A DNA stretch of 63,992 nucleotides, counting the filler, from an uncultured Myxococcia bacterium (lineage in GTDB: Bacteria; CAZTWC01), in NCBI GenBank assembly GCA_964617105.1. It is 5 parts of 5 records of this genome, joined end to end, with 100 filler letters (N's around TTAATTAATTAA, not from the genome) between each part and the next. Parts side by side here need not be neighbours in the genome. Positions count along the whole stretch, not along the records: positions 1 to 14,384 come from CAZTWC010000071.1; 4 more parts are not named here. One strand, 5' to 3'. Position numbers and translations under genes: made by a program. Below are positions 1 through 9,210 of this stretch, piece after piece. The notes beneath the pieces are model-generated. The model was given only the letters and a program-made list of their open reading frames with translations. It had not been told where the DNA came from and did no database searches. The stretch's first letter is position 1. Every line of letters begins with the position of its first letter.

Positions 1-44
1 TGGATCATGTGGTCGCGGCTTTGGCGGAGGTGGTGGGGTAATCT

Positions 45-2294
45 ATGGAAGAGTTTCTGCAATTGGCCGAAGATGTGCGGCAATTTTGTCAACAGGCTGA
101 AAAAGATGATCCCCTGCTAAACAGAATCTGGAACTGGACTTTGATGGACGATATGGTCCAAAGAGCTTCCCAGCCAACGCCTTTATCCAGGGTCGCAGTA
201 ATTGGCTCTATTAAATCGGGCAAAAGCACTTATGTTAATGCTTTACTCCAGCGGGACGCCCTGAAAAGGGGTGCCGGGGTATTGACCTCTGCAGTGACCA
301 GAGTGCTCCCCTCTCACGAGTTGAAAGCCACTATCCAGTGGAAAGGCCTGGAGGAGATAAATCAGGAGATACAATTTTCATCTCCTTTACTGGTTGCCAT
401 GACCGGTTTGACGCCTCCAACTTTTACCCTGGAAATTCAGCAGCAGGAAACTCGTCAATATTTAACCGAGTTGTTGAGCCAAATCGAACCTTTTCGGACT
501 AGCCTGCCTGGGTACGCATTGAATCGTCTTTCCCGTTTAAATGCTCTGCTGGATGGTTATAAAGAAACGGGCACTAAATTGGCACAAGAGGCTACCTGCA
601 AGGTATTGGGAGGTGAAGATTTTGGCCGGCACCGGAAGGTGGTTTGCCGTGACAGCAGTGCCGCCTATGTAAACGATATCCTGGTGGAGATGCCTTTCCC
701 GAAAGAATTATTGCCGGTGGAACTGGCTGACTGCCAGGGAAGCGATTCTCTTAATTCATCACATCTGGCTGAGGTGCAAGAATACTTGCTAGGGGCTGAT
801 TGGGCTATCTACCTGGTCAACTCGGTGATGGGTTTACGCCAGGCAGATGAGAAATTGTTGGAAGTAGTCAAGGGATTTGGTTTGCAGGACAATTTGATTT
901 TTGTTCTCAATGTGGATATCGATGCCCATAGTGAAATTAACGATTTGAAGCGGGTACAGGATACTGTAATTGAAGGTATAAAAGTCAAATTAGGAGTTGA
1001 ACCCCGTCTTTACACCGTGAGTGCCCTGTTTGAACTATTTAAGACCCTGGAAAGAGAAGACAAACTTTCCGATCGTGATAGGGCCCGTTTTAACAATTGG
1101 CAAAAAGAGCCTGAGATGATCCGCCTGTTAGAGAAGCGCTGGGCTAACTTGAACACTTTTTGGAGTGACGAGATTGCCCCGGCTGCTAACCGTTTTAAGC
1201 GTCGTTTTGCCTATCGTTCTTTAGGGAACTTGTTAGCCAGGCTGCATTATGGAGTCCATATCGCAGCCGATCCACTTCATGCTGATCAGCGCATGCTGGA
1301 GGTTTTTGTAGTAGAGGCTGAAAAACTGTTGCCCAACCTGGAGGCTCATTTACAGGGAGTGGCCATGAAAACCGAGAAGATGGTCCGTTTTCGCTGCGGC
1401 AGTTTTCTGGACCCCTCTTATGGCGAATTAGCCAAAAAGATCAACCTTCATATCCAGGAATTCAAGAGTCTTTGGCATCCTGGTGAACCTGATAATAACC
1501 AGTCGGAACCAGTTTCTTACACCGAGAAGGTAAACGGAATGGTTCTAGCCATTGCCGAAGAGTTCAACCAATCGTTGAACTCTTTTTTAACCGATTATGC
1601 CAACCGGGAAATTATGGCTGAAGTAAAGGATATAATAGGACAGATTCAATCGGAATTTGCCACAGTGATGGAGATGCATCAGGCTGTTTTGCATAACAAT
1701 TATTTAAAATTGCAACAGAACGGACATCAGGGAGAGGTTTTTCATGGCGATGATGCATCTAACCGTTCTATTAAAAAAACCAATAATGCCAATAAACAGT
1801 ACCATGTACGCGAATTGATAGATGATCCTGCTGTGGATCTATTCTCTTTGCAGGTTGAACTGCCGGTTTCGGAAAGAGCGTTGGCCATATTTCAGCAGGG
1901 CTGGATGTTATGGTTGAAAAAGTTCAAAGCCTGGTTTGTCAAGGAGGTTCTCAAAAGGGAACCGGAAGATTTGGAAACTGCCAGAGAAGAGATTTTTATT
2001 CGTTGGCGCAAGAAAATTATTCAGGTGGTAAAAAAGGAAGCCGGCAATTTGATGATATCGGAGATGAACCGTTTTCGGGAACACTTGAAATTTCAGATGC
2101 TGCTCAAATATATTGAAAAATTGAGAGAGACCAGTCAAAAAGTGTTGGGTAAAGAGGTAGATAATTTTAAGACGGACATGAACAAAGTTTTAGAGATGAA
2201 CCATGCAAATGTTGAATACCGGCCACCCGACCCCACCCTGCTAAAAGACTGGCAGGATAAGTTAGCAGACTTTGAATCCCGAATCAGGTTTTGA
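45..2294 (+). CDS. Bacterial dynamin-like GTPase (Dynamin_N family)
   Basis: P-loop GSIKSGKST, G2 GVLTS, G3-like DCQG, long helical C-terminal region; 749 aa. Confidence 0.8.
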   Translation: MEEFLQLAEDVRQFCQQAEKDDPLLNRIWNWTLMDDMVQRASQPTPLSRVAVIGSIKSGKSTYVNALLQRDALKRGAGVLTSAVTRVLPSHELKATIQWKGLEEINQEIQFSSPLLVAMTGLTPPTFTLEIQQQETRQYLTELLSQIEPFRTSLPGYALNRLSRLNALLDGYKETGTKLAQEATCKVLGGEDFGRHRKVVCRDSSAAYVNDILVEMPFPKELLPVELADCQGSDSLNSSHLAEVQEYLLGADWAIYLVNSVMGLRQADEKLLEVVKGFGLQDNLIFVLNVDIDAHSEINDLKRVQDTVIEGIKVKLGVEPRLYTVSALFELFKTLEREDKLSDRDRARFNNWQKEPEMIRLLEKRWANLNTFWSDEIAPAANRFKRRFAYRSLGNLLARLHYGVHIAADPLHADQRMLEVFVVEAEKLLPNLEAHLQGVAMKTEKMVRFRCGSFLDPSYGELAKKINLHIQEFKSLWHPGEPDNNQSEPVSYTEKVNGMVLAIAEEFNQSLNSFLTDYANREIMAEVKDIIGQIQSEFATVMEMHQAVLHNNYLKLQQNGHQGEVFHGDDASNRSIKKTNNANKQYHVRELIDDPAVDLFSLQVELPVSERALAIFQQGWMLWLKKFKAWFVKEVLKREPEDLETAREEIFIRWRKKIIQVVKKEAGNLMISEMNRFREHLKFQMLLKYIEKLRETSQKVLGKEVDNFKTDMNKVLEMNHANVEYRPPDPTLLKDWQDKLADFESRIRF

Positions 2295-2320
2295 ATTCGG
2301 ATGTATCCTCCATAGGCTAA

Positions 2321-2443
2321 GAAAATTCGGAGGCGCCCGGATAACGCGGCGCAATCTGAAAAATTCCCGCAGATGTATATTTAATACATCGAGGACAATT
2401 TTTTAGGTTGCAACAAAGTTAGTCGGGATGCATCCGAATTTTC
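2321..2443. repeat. Dispersed palindromic element, copy 1
   Basis: Terminal IR GAAAATTCGG...CCGAATTTTC; core CCGCAGATGTAT-ATTTA-ATACATCGAGG shared with copies at 12546 and 55198. Confidence 0.85.
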
Positions 2444-2444
2444 C

Positions 2445-4742
2445 TTAAAACTTGGCCACTACCATGGTAATATCATCATCCAAAGGATGACTACCGTAAA
2501 AGTCAAAAGCGGTCTGGACCAAATTGTCCATAATTTCATCACTGTCAGCGGAAAGTTTACTTTTTACCGTTTTGATGGTCCTGTATCGATTAAATTCTTC
2601 TTCAGCACTGTTTCTGCACTCAATTAGACCATCTGTGTACCAAAGCACCACATCTCCAGGTTTTAAGGTCTGTTTACAATTTTTATATTTAGACTCTTTA
2701 TTATATCCCAGCCGGAATCCCCTGGACTGCAGGCTGGTGGTTTTTGGCTTATCATCATCGGTGGTAGTAAACAGAAAAGGGAAGTTATGTCCGGCATTAG
2801 AATAGGTTATCTCCCGGGTTTTAACATTTATGGCAGTAACGAAAAAAGTCATCAGCAGCTCTTGTTGCCCTCCCTTGGTCAGTATTTTGTTCAGGTAATC
2901 CAAAATAGCAGCCGGAGACAATTGATCTTCAGGCAGATATTGCTTCATGATCTCCACGGTATCACAACAGGACTTGGCGGCTGCAGTAATAAGAGCCGAA
3001 GGTACTCCATGGCCGGTAACATCGCCAATAAAAAGATAGACAATATCGTCACTAATAAAATAACCCCACCAGTCACCACCGCACTCAGAGGCCGGTTTAA
3101 AGAAACTGGAAAATTTGATGCCGTTGAACTCCGGATCCTGCGCGGGAAAGAGAGAATTTTGCACGGTTTGTGCAGTTTCCATTTCTGCTTTGAGTCGCAT
3201 TTTATCAATATTATCAAAGGAGATAACCACCTGGCTAGCGATACTTCTGACTAACTCCGCATCATTTTGAGTGAATTGCTCGCCATCATTTTTATTGTTC
3301 AGATTGATTACCCCAATGATATTTTCCTCCTCCTGCAGGGGTACGCATAGCAGGCTTTTGGAGCCCTGCCATAGGGCGTTTTCAAAAGTCTCGAAATCTT
3401 CAGAAGCATTGGCGTCATCAACAATTACCGGTTCTTTGGTGTCTATAACTTTGCCAGCCACCCCTTTACCGGGTGTAAAGGTATGTAGTTTAGTTTTATC
3501 ACATTCCCAATTGTAGGCAGCATACACTCTCAAGTTGTTTTCACCGTCTAACAGCATAACCGAGCCCTGTTGAGCCCCTACCAATATGGCTGCTTCATTG
3601 AGACCCACTTCGATCAACTCTTGCTGTTCCAGGATAAGAGCCAGTTTCTTGTTTGATTTGTTCAGTTTAATTAGGTTATGATAGGCGGTTTTGAGATTTG
3701 CCACCATGGATTTAAAGGCTCTGGCCAGGATACCAACTTCGTCCTGGCTTTTTACTTTTATATTAAAATTGAGATCATTCAGCGATATTTTTTCTGCAGC
3801 CTGGGTAAGGGTTTTAATAGGCTTGGAGATTCGGCGGCTGACAACTGCCAGCAAGAACAACACCACCAGAACACTAACCACAAAAATAGAGATGATGATA
3901 TTTCTCATTTTCACCAGGTTGCCGGTAAAATCTGATTGATTACCGACTATGACCAGTTGCCAGTTCATGGAAGGGAGGAATGAGAAGCAGTAAAATTTTT
4001 TGATCCCCTTTTCCTCAAAGCGGATACAATCATCTTTACGAGCCAGTAGTTGTTGGCGCTCTTTTTCGTTATTCAGGTCTTTCCAGGCTGACTGTGAAAC
4101 TATACTTTTTTCCCGGTGGGTGAGATATTTTCCGGTTTTGCTGTCAATTAAAAATATAAACCCGTTTTTCCCGATTTTACTGCCTCTTATCTCCTGAAAA
4201 AATGCGGTCAAAGGTATAGCCGCCGCAGTGACGCCGCCAAAACCAGGTTCAGAATCCTCACCGTAGTCAATTAGGGTAGGAGAAACAATCAGCAGAGCCG
4301 GATAGGGGAAAGGATCTATCCAGGTTAAAAAAGAGTTGGATTTTTTACTTTTAAAAGGGATGTTATAATAGGATTTTTCTTTAATATTGAGGCTTTGTAG
4401 TTTTTCTACATAGGGGATGGTTTCTGAAATCACGCCATCGCTGTCTGTGGTAAAGGTGTTGGTGAATTCAGGATAGAGCGCCCTTTGCTGCTCAAGAGTT
4501 TCCTGGATATTGATAGCCGTGGTGGTAGAAGTTGCCAGGGTTTTAATGGTTTTTTTGTAATTGTCGATTCGTTGGGCCAGGTTTTGGGTTAAGGAGCGGG
4601 CCAAATTGCGGTTTTGTTCCATTATCCCTGCCATCATGCTGTCTACACTCAGGGTGGTAACCGCAATGCCAATAATTAAAAAAGAGGGCACTACCACTAC
4701 CAGGGCGGTCATTAGGATTTTATTGCTGATAGATATTTTCAT
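2445..4742 (-). CDS. Membrane sensor phosphatase: TM-dCache-TM-HAMP-GAF-SpoIIE(PP2C)
   Basis: Two TM segments, HAMP (QDEVGILARAF), GAF (GVAGKV...LLCVPL...GVINLNNK), PP2C motifs GGDWW, GDVTGHGV, NAGH, YTDGL, DDIT. Confidence 0.9.
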   Translation of the reverse strand: MKISISNKILMTALVVVVPSFLIIGIAVTTLSVDSMMAGIMEQNRNLARSLTQNLAQRIDNYKKTIKTLATSTTTAINIQETLEQQRALYPEFTNTFTTDSDGVISETIPYVEKLQSLNIKEKSYYNIPFKSKKSNSFLTWIDPFPYPALLIVSPTLIDYGEDSEPGFGGVTAAAIPLTAFFQEIRGSKIGKNGFIFLIDSKTGKYLTHREKSIVSQSAWKDLNNEKERQQLLARKDDCIRFEEKGIKKFYCFSFLPSMNWQLVIVGNQSDFTGNLVKMRNIIISIFVVSVLVVLFLLAVVSRRISKPIKTLTQAAEKISLNDLNFNIKVKSQDEVGILARAFKSMVANLKTAYHNLIKLNKSNKKLALILEQQELIEVGLNEAAILVGAQQGSVMLLDGENNLRVYAAYNWECDKTKLHTFTPGKGVAGKVIDTKEPVIVDDANASEDFETFENALWQGSKSLLCVPLQEEENIIGVINLNNKNDGEQFTQNDAELVRSIASQVVISFDNIDKMRLKAEMETAQTVQNSLFPAQDPEFNGIKFSSFFKPASECGGDWWGYFISDDIVYLFIGDVTGHGVPSALITAAAKSCCDTVEIMKQYLPEDQLSPAAILDYLNKILTKGGQQELLMTFFVTAINVKTREITYSNAGHNFPFLFTTTDDDKPKTTSLQSRGFRLGYNKESKYKNCKQTLKPGDVVLWYTDGLIECRNSAEEEFNRYRTIKTVKSKLSADSDEIMDNLVQTAFDFYGSHPLDDDITMVVAKF

Positions 4743-4746
4743 AGTT

Positions 4747-5523
4747 TTACTTGGACCATTTATTGATGATTTTATCTAATTTTTTATTAGCAATGATTTT
4801 TTTAAGACCCCGGTTCAAAATTTTTACCAGGGCGGCATTTTTTTTGTTGACCAACATGGAATAGGGTACAGTTTCCAATATCTCTTCACCTATAATAGCC
4901 TGTTTTTTCATGCCGATTTTATTGAGAGTATACAGGCCAAACAGGTGATCAGTAGCAACGGCATCCCCTTTTTTCTCATTAAAAACTTGAATAAAAGCGG
5001 ACAGGTCATCTTTTAAAGCCAGGAGTTTAACTTTTCCTCTGTATTTACGTAATTGTTCCTGGGCAGCACTGTTTTTTTGGACCGCTACTTTTTTTCCAAA
5101 CATTTCCTTAACCGAGTTGATTGGTTTGGTTTTGGGGGAGAAAATAACTCTTCGATAGGAGTTGAAGGGTAAACTGAAAAGTCCCCATTTTTTTCTTTCA
5201 GCGGTGATAGAGGCGCCTAAAAGGATATCTCCTTTTCTCTGGCGGATCATAAATTGGGCTTTTTGCCAACTCATCACTTCGATTTTAATATCTAGCTTTT
5301 CCGTTCTAGCCACTGCCTTGATGATTTCAACATTGAGACCATCTGCTTGCCCTTTTTTATTTAAACCCTGATATGGCAGCCAGTCATCGCATAACACCAG
5401 CAACGGCTTTTTGCCTTTGCCAAGTTTGATGTTTTTTGTCGTTTTGCTGCCGGCATATACATAAAGAGGTATCAGGCAAATAATAAGCAGAGGGAGGTAT
5501 CTTCTTAAGTAAGTATTATTCAT
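4747..5523 (-). CDS. Periplasmic amino-acid-type substrate-binding protein (SBP family 3)
   Basis: Signal peptide; WLPY, GLNVEI, ITAERKK, GKKVAV, LDKIINKW motifs. Confidence 0.85.
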   Translation of the reverse strand: MNNTYLRRYLPLLIICLIPLYVYAGSKTTKNIKLGKGKKPLLVLCDDWLPYQGLNKKGQADGLNVEIIKAVARTEKLDIKIEVMSWQKAQFMIRQRKGDILLGASITAERKKWGLFSLPFNSYRRVIFSPKTKPINSVKEMFGKKVAVQKNSAAQEQLRKYRGKVKLLALKDDLSAFIQVFNEKKGDAVATDHLFGLYTLNKIGMKKQAIIGEEILETVPYSMLVNKKNAALVKILNRGLKKIIANKKLDKIINKWSK

Positions 5524-5836
5524 TGGAATTATCCAACTATATTTGTTGCAATTCTATAAAAACTAAGGGTAACAACACCGATGCGCTTCTATCGTTGTCC
5601 ACCATTTCTAATATTAAATTTTAAAATTTAATATTATCAAGTAACTATTATTTCATATTAATATACCAATATTATTAAGTAAAGCAAATCTATTTTAATA
5701 TAATAACCAAAATCAATTTTTCTCATCACCAAAAGGGAGGAAAAATAATGACTAAATTTTATCTGTATGTTAAATTATTACCATTTGAAAGTCTACAATT
5801 ATTGACAAATCAGGAGATGAAAGGCTGGTAAGAGGA

Positions 5837-6451
5837 GTGAATAAGCGCCCTTTTCTGGAACTAGTAAAGATAAGCCGCAGTTTTAGGCGTTTTGATCAGA
5901 ATTGTCAAATTGAGGGCCAATTTTTGGAGCAACTGGTGGAGATAGCCAGACTGACCCCTTCGGCTGCCAATTTGCAGTCCTTGAAATATTTTTTATCTGG
6001 TTCCCGGGAGAGCAATAACCGGATTTTTCCATTACTAAAATGGGCTGGGTATCTGGAGGACTGGCCGGGACCGCAGGAGGGGGAGAGGCCGGCAGCCTAT
6101 ATTGTTATTCTTGGAGACACCAGGATCGCCAAATCCTTTGATATGGACGTGGGAATAGTTGCCCAGAGTATGAAATTGGCGGCTATGCAAATGGACGGTG
6201 TTGGCTGTTGCATGATAGTTGCGTTTAATCGAAAAAAATTAGGCCAGGAGTTAAAGTTACCTAAATATTTAACACCGCTTTTAGTGCTGGCTTTAGGTAA
6301 ACCGGTAGAGGATGTGGTGCTGGAAACCACTGAACAACAGGGGGATATCAAATATTGGCGGGATAAGGAGGGAAAACACCATGTACCCAAACGTTCCTTA
6401 CAAGAAATTATTTGGCAGGAAAAAAATCATGAAAGAGACCCCAAAAATTAG
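5837..6451 (+). CDS. Nitroreductase family protein
   Basis: SRSFRRF, TPSAANLQ, LALGKP, C-terminal HHVPKRSL. Confidence 0.9.
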   Translation: MNKRPFLELVKISRSFRRFDQNCQIEGQFLEQLVEIARLTPSAANLQSLKYFLSGSRESNNRIFPLLKWAGYLEDWPGPQEGERPAAYIVILGDTRIAKSFDMDVGIVAQSMKLAAMQMDGVGCCMIVAFNRKKLGQELKLPKYLTPLLVLALGKPVEDVVLETTEQQGDIKYWRDKEGKHHVPKRSLQEIIWQEKNHERDPKN

Positions 6452-7013
6452 AAGACAGGAAGGTTTCTCCCTCACCGAAGTTTTGGTGGTAGTATTTATC
6501 ATATTGGTGTTGGCCTCTTTTGCCGGTCCGAAAGTCGGTACCTGGATGGATAATTTCAATCTTTCCTCCGATGCCCGTAAAATACGCTCCGCTTTACAAT
6601 TGGCCCGCATGAAGGCCATCAAGGAGAGGGGCAAGACCTACATTGTTCACCACGGCTCTCCCTGGCCGGAGAACCTTTGCTCTTCCTACCGATCTGATAA
6701 ATCGTGGCTGGTATTCTGGGATAAAAATGATGACTAGAAGTGGGACTCTGGTGATGAGGCATTGGCTTGCGGAGTTTTCAACAAATGTACTGTAAAGAAA
6801 ACTGCGTCAACTACACTATTTGGCTTCAATCCCCAGGGCACAGCGGTAATGAATGGCTCTGACCATGCTACTTTTTGTTATGAAATCGGTATATCCTCCA
6901 ATTGCTCTGACAGTGATATAATCTCTTCTGACAAATACCTGATCCGCGGTTATGGCAGCGGTGTTGTCTCCCTCTTTTATAATAGCGCGGAAACCTGCGA
7001 AGAAAGCGGTTGA
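6429..7013 (+). pseudogene. FimT/GspH-like minor type IV pilin with in-frame TAG at 6735-6737
   Basis: Prepilin site QEG|FSLTEVLVV; LQLARMKAI; ORFs 6312-6737 and 6762-7013 are in the same frame and join as FWDKNDD*KWDSGDEAL; FGFNPQG in the distal part. Confidence 0.75.
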
Positions 7014-7094
7014 AAATAGGAAATTCCCTTGATTTTTTCTGCGAATTTCAATAAATTTACCTGGAAGATGATTTTTGGCTACAGGAGATAACCT

Positions 7095-7976
7095 ATGAGT
7101 ATCCTGGTAAATATTAGTGGTAAATTTTTTAAACGTGATCAAGCGATGATATCGGTCTTTGACCGGGGATTTCTATATGGGGATTCTGTATTCGAAGTAA
7201 TTCGCACTTTTAATGGTAAACCTTTTGCCATGAAGTCGCATCTAAAGCGATTGTCACGATCCCGAGAGTTGACCGGCATGGAGGTGCCATGGGATGACCA
7301 TTTCTTAAGTAGCCAGATAGAAGATTCTATCTCCCGGGCTCAAAATCCAGAATCCTATATCAGACTAATTTTAACTCGCGGACAGGGTGAATTCGGTCTC
7401 CATCCGCGATTGGCCGCTGACCCCCTTTACCTGGTTTTGATTCGCCCCTGGCAGGAGTTTCCGGACTCCTATTATAATCAAGGAGTAAATATTTCTATCT
7501 CTCCAGTAAGGCGTAATTTGGTAACTGCCTTGAATCCCCAGATCAAGTCGGGTAATTACTTGAATAATATTTTGGCTATCCAGCCCAGCGAAAAAAGTCG
7601 GATAATTGAATCGGTTATGCTCGATTACTCTGGTTATTTGACCGAAGGTTCCACCAGCAATATTTTTCTCATAAAAGAGGGAGAAGTGGTTACTCCGCCC
7701 TTGGAGATAGGTCTGTTGCAAGGGATAACCAGGAACGTTGTTTTTGAACTTTGTTCTTATTTGAATATCCCTATCAGAGAGGAGAGATTAGTTTCCCGGG
7801 ATCTGCTTGAGGCGGACGCCGCTTTTATAACCAGCACCCTCAAGGGAATAATGCCGGTTAAGTGTTGCGATGATCAGATAGTGGGAACCGGAGAACCTGG
7901 TCCTATTATCCAGAACCTGCTCAAATATTATCACCGGCTTACCTGGGATCAAGAGAGGTTTGTAGAAATAAATTAA
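7095..7976 (+). CDS. Class IV PLP aminotransferase (branched-chain aminotransferase/ADC lyase-like)
   Basis: DRGFLYGDSVFEVIR, IKSGNYL, EGSTSNIF, LQGITR. Confidence 0.92.
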   Translation: MSILVNISGKFFKRDQAMISVFDRGFLYGDSVFEVIRTFNGKPFAMKSHLKRLSRSRELTGMEVPWDDHFLSSQIEDSISRAQNPESYIRLILTRGQGEFGLHPRLAADPLYLVLIRPWQEFPDSYYNQGVNISISPVRRNLVTALNPQIKSGNYLNNILAIQPSEKSRIIESVMLDYSGYLTEGSTSNIFLIKEGEVVTPPLEIGLLQGITRNVVFELCSYLNIPIREERLVSRDLLEADAAFITSTLKGIMPVKCCDDQIVGTGEPGPIIQNLLKYYHRLTWDQERFVEIN

Positions 7977-8010
7977 TGTTCAGTTTTTCGAATTTAAAGG
8001 GAGAAAATCA

Positions 8011-9192
8011 ATGTCGATTTCAAAGGTAATCAAAGAGACCATGAAGCGGTCTTCTTGGATCAGAAAGATGTTTGAAGAGGGAGAGAGGATGAAGGCAGAG
8101 GGTAAACCGGTATACGATTTTTCTCTGGGCAATCCCGATTTGGACCCACCACCGGCGTTTAAAAAAGAGTGGAGTAAATTGCTCAAAGATACACCTCCCG
8201 GTCAGCATCGATACATGACCAACAACGGTTATCCCCAGGTGAGAACAGATATTGCCGATTATTTACATCAGGAGTATCAGTTGGCTTTTAATAACCAGGA
8301 CATTGTTATGACCTGTGGCGCAGCCGGCGGTTTGAATGTGATACTAAAATCCTTGCTGGACCATGATGACCAGGTTATAATCTTTTCACCGTTTTTTGTT
8401 GAGTACAAATTTTATATTGGCAATCATGGCGGCAGTACCGTGGTTTGTCCAACTGATGACAATTTTAATATCTCTTTGGACAACCTGGAGCAGGTTATTA
8501 ATCCCAAAGTAAAGGCTTTAATCATCAACAGCCCCAATAATCCCACTGGTGTTGTTTACAGCCAGGAGACTTTGAAGGAGTTAGGCGCTTTTCTAGAAAA
8601 GAAAGGACGGGAGTATAACCATGAGATCTACTTGATTAGCGATGAACCTTATCGCAAACTGATTTTTGATATGGATAGGTGTCCAAGTATCCTGCCACAT
8701 TATGATAATAGTATAATCATCACCTCTCACTCAAAAGATTTGGGATTGGCAGGAGAGAGAATTGGTTATGTGGCCATCAGTCCTCTTTGTGCTAATCGGG
8801 AGGAAATTTTTGCCGCCGCCACTTTTGCCAACCGGACTCTTGGTTTTGTCAATGCGCCTGCCACCATGCAAAAAATCGTTGGTAAAATTCAGGATGCCTC
8901 GGTAGATGCAGAGATATACCGGAAAAAACGGGATAAACTGCTCTCCTCTTTGCGCCAGGCAGGCTATAACTGTATAACTCCTCAGGGTGCTTTTTACCTT
9001 TTCCCCCAGGTTCCCGTAGGAGATGATATCGCTTTTGTCAAACACTTGCAGTCCTACCGTATTTTGACTGTGCCCGGTTCGGGGTTCGGCAGAGGCGGAT
9101 TTTTCCGGATAGCTTTTTGTGTTGATGATGCAGTCATTGAGGGCTCTTTACCTGGATTTGCCGAAGCTATAAAAACTTTTTCGGTTCAATAA
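8011..9192 (+). CDS. Class I/II PLP aminotransferase (aspartate aminotransferase-like)
   Basis: NSPNNPTG, SDEPY, SHSKDLGLAGERIGY. Confidence 0.92.
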   Translation: MSISKVIKETMKRSSWIRKMFEEGERMKAEGKPVYDFSLGNPDLDPPPAFKKEWSKLLKDTPPGQHRYMTNNGYPQVRTDIADYLHQEYQLAFNNQDIVMTCGAAGGLNVILKSLLDHDDQVIIFSPFFVEYKFYIGNHGGSTVVCPTDDNFNISLDNLEQVINPKVKALIINSPNNPTGVVYSQETLKELGAFLEKKGREYNHEIYLISDEPYRKLIFDMDRCPSILPHYDNSIIITSHSKDLGLAGERIGYVAISPLCANREEIFAAATFANRTLGFVNAPATMQKIVGKIQDASVDAEIYRKKRDKLLSSLRQAGYNCITPQGAFYLFPQVPVGDDIAFVKHLQSYRILTVPGSGFGRGGFFRIAFCVDDAVIEGSLPGFAEAIKTFSVQ

Positions 9193-9210
9193 ATTTATAA
9201 GGGATTTATT

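Noticed and set aside
6735-6737. Genome-wide TAG recoding
   Set aside because: Conserved genes (dut, rpsB, frr, etfB) end properly at TAG.
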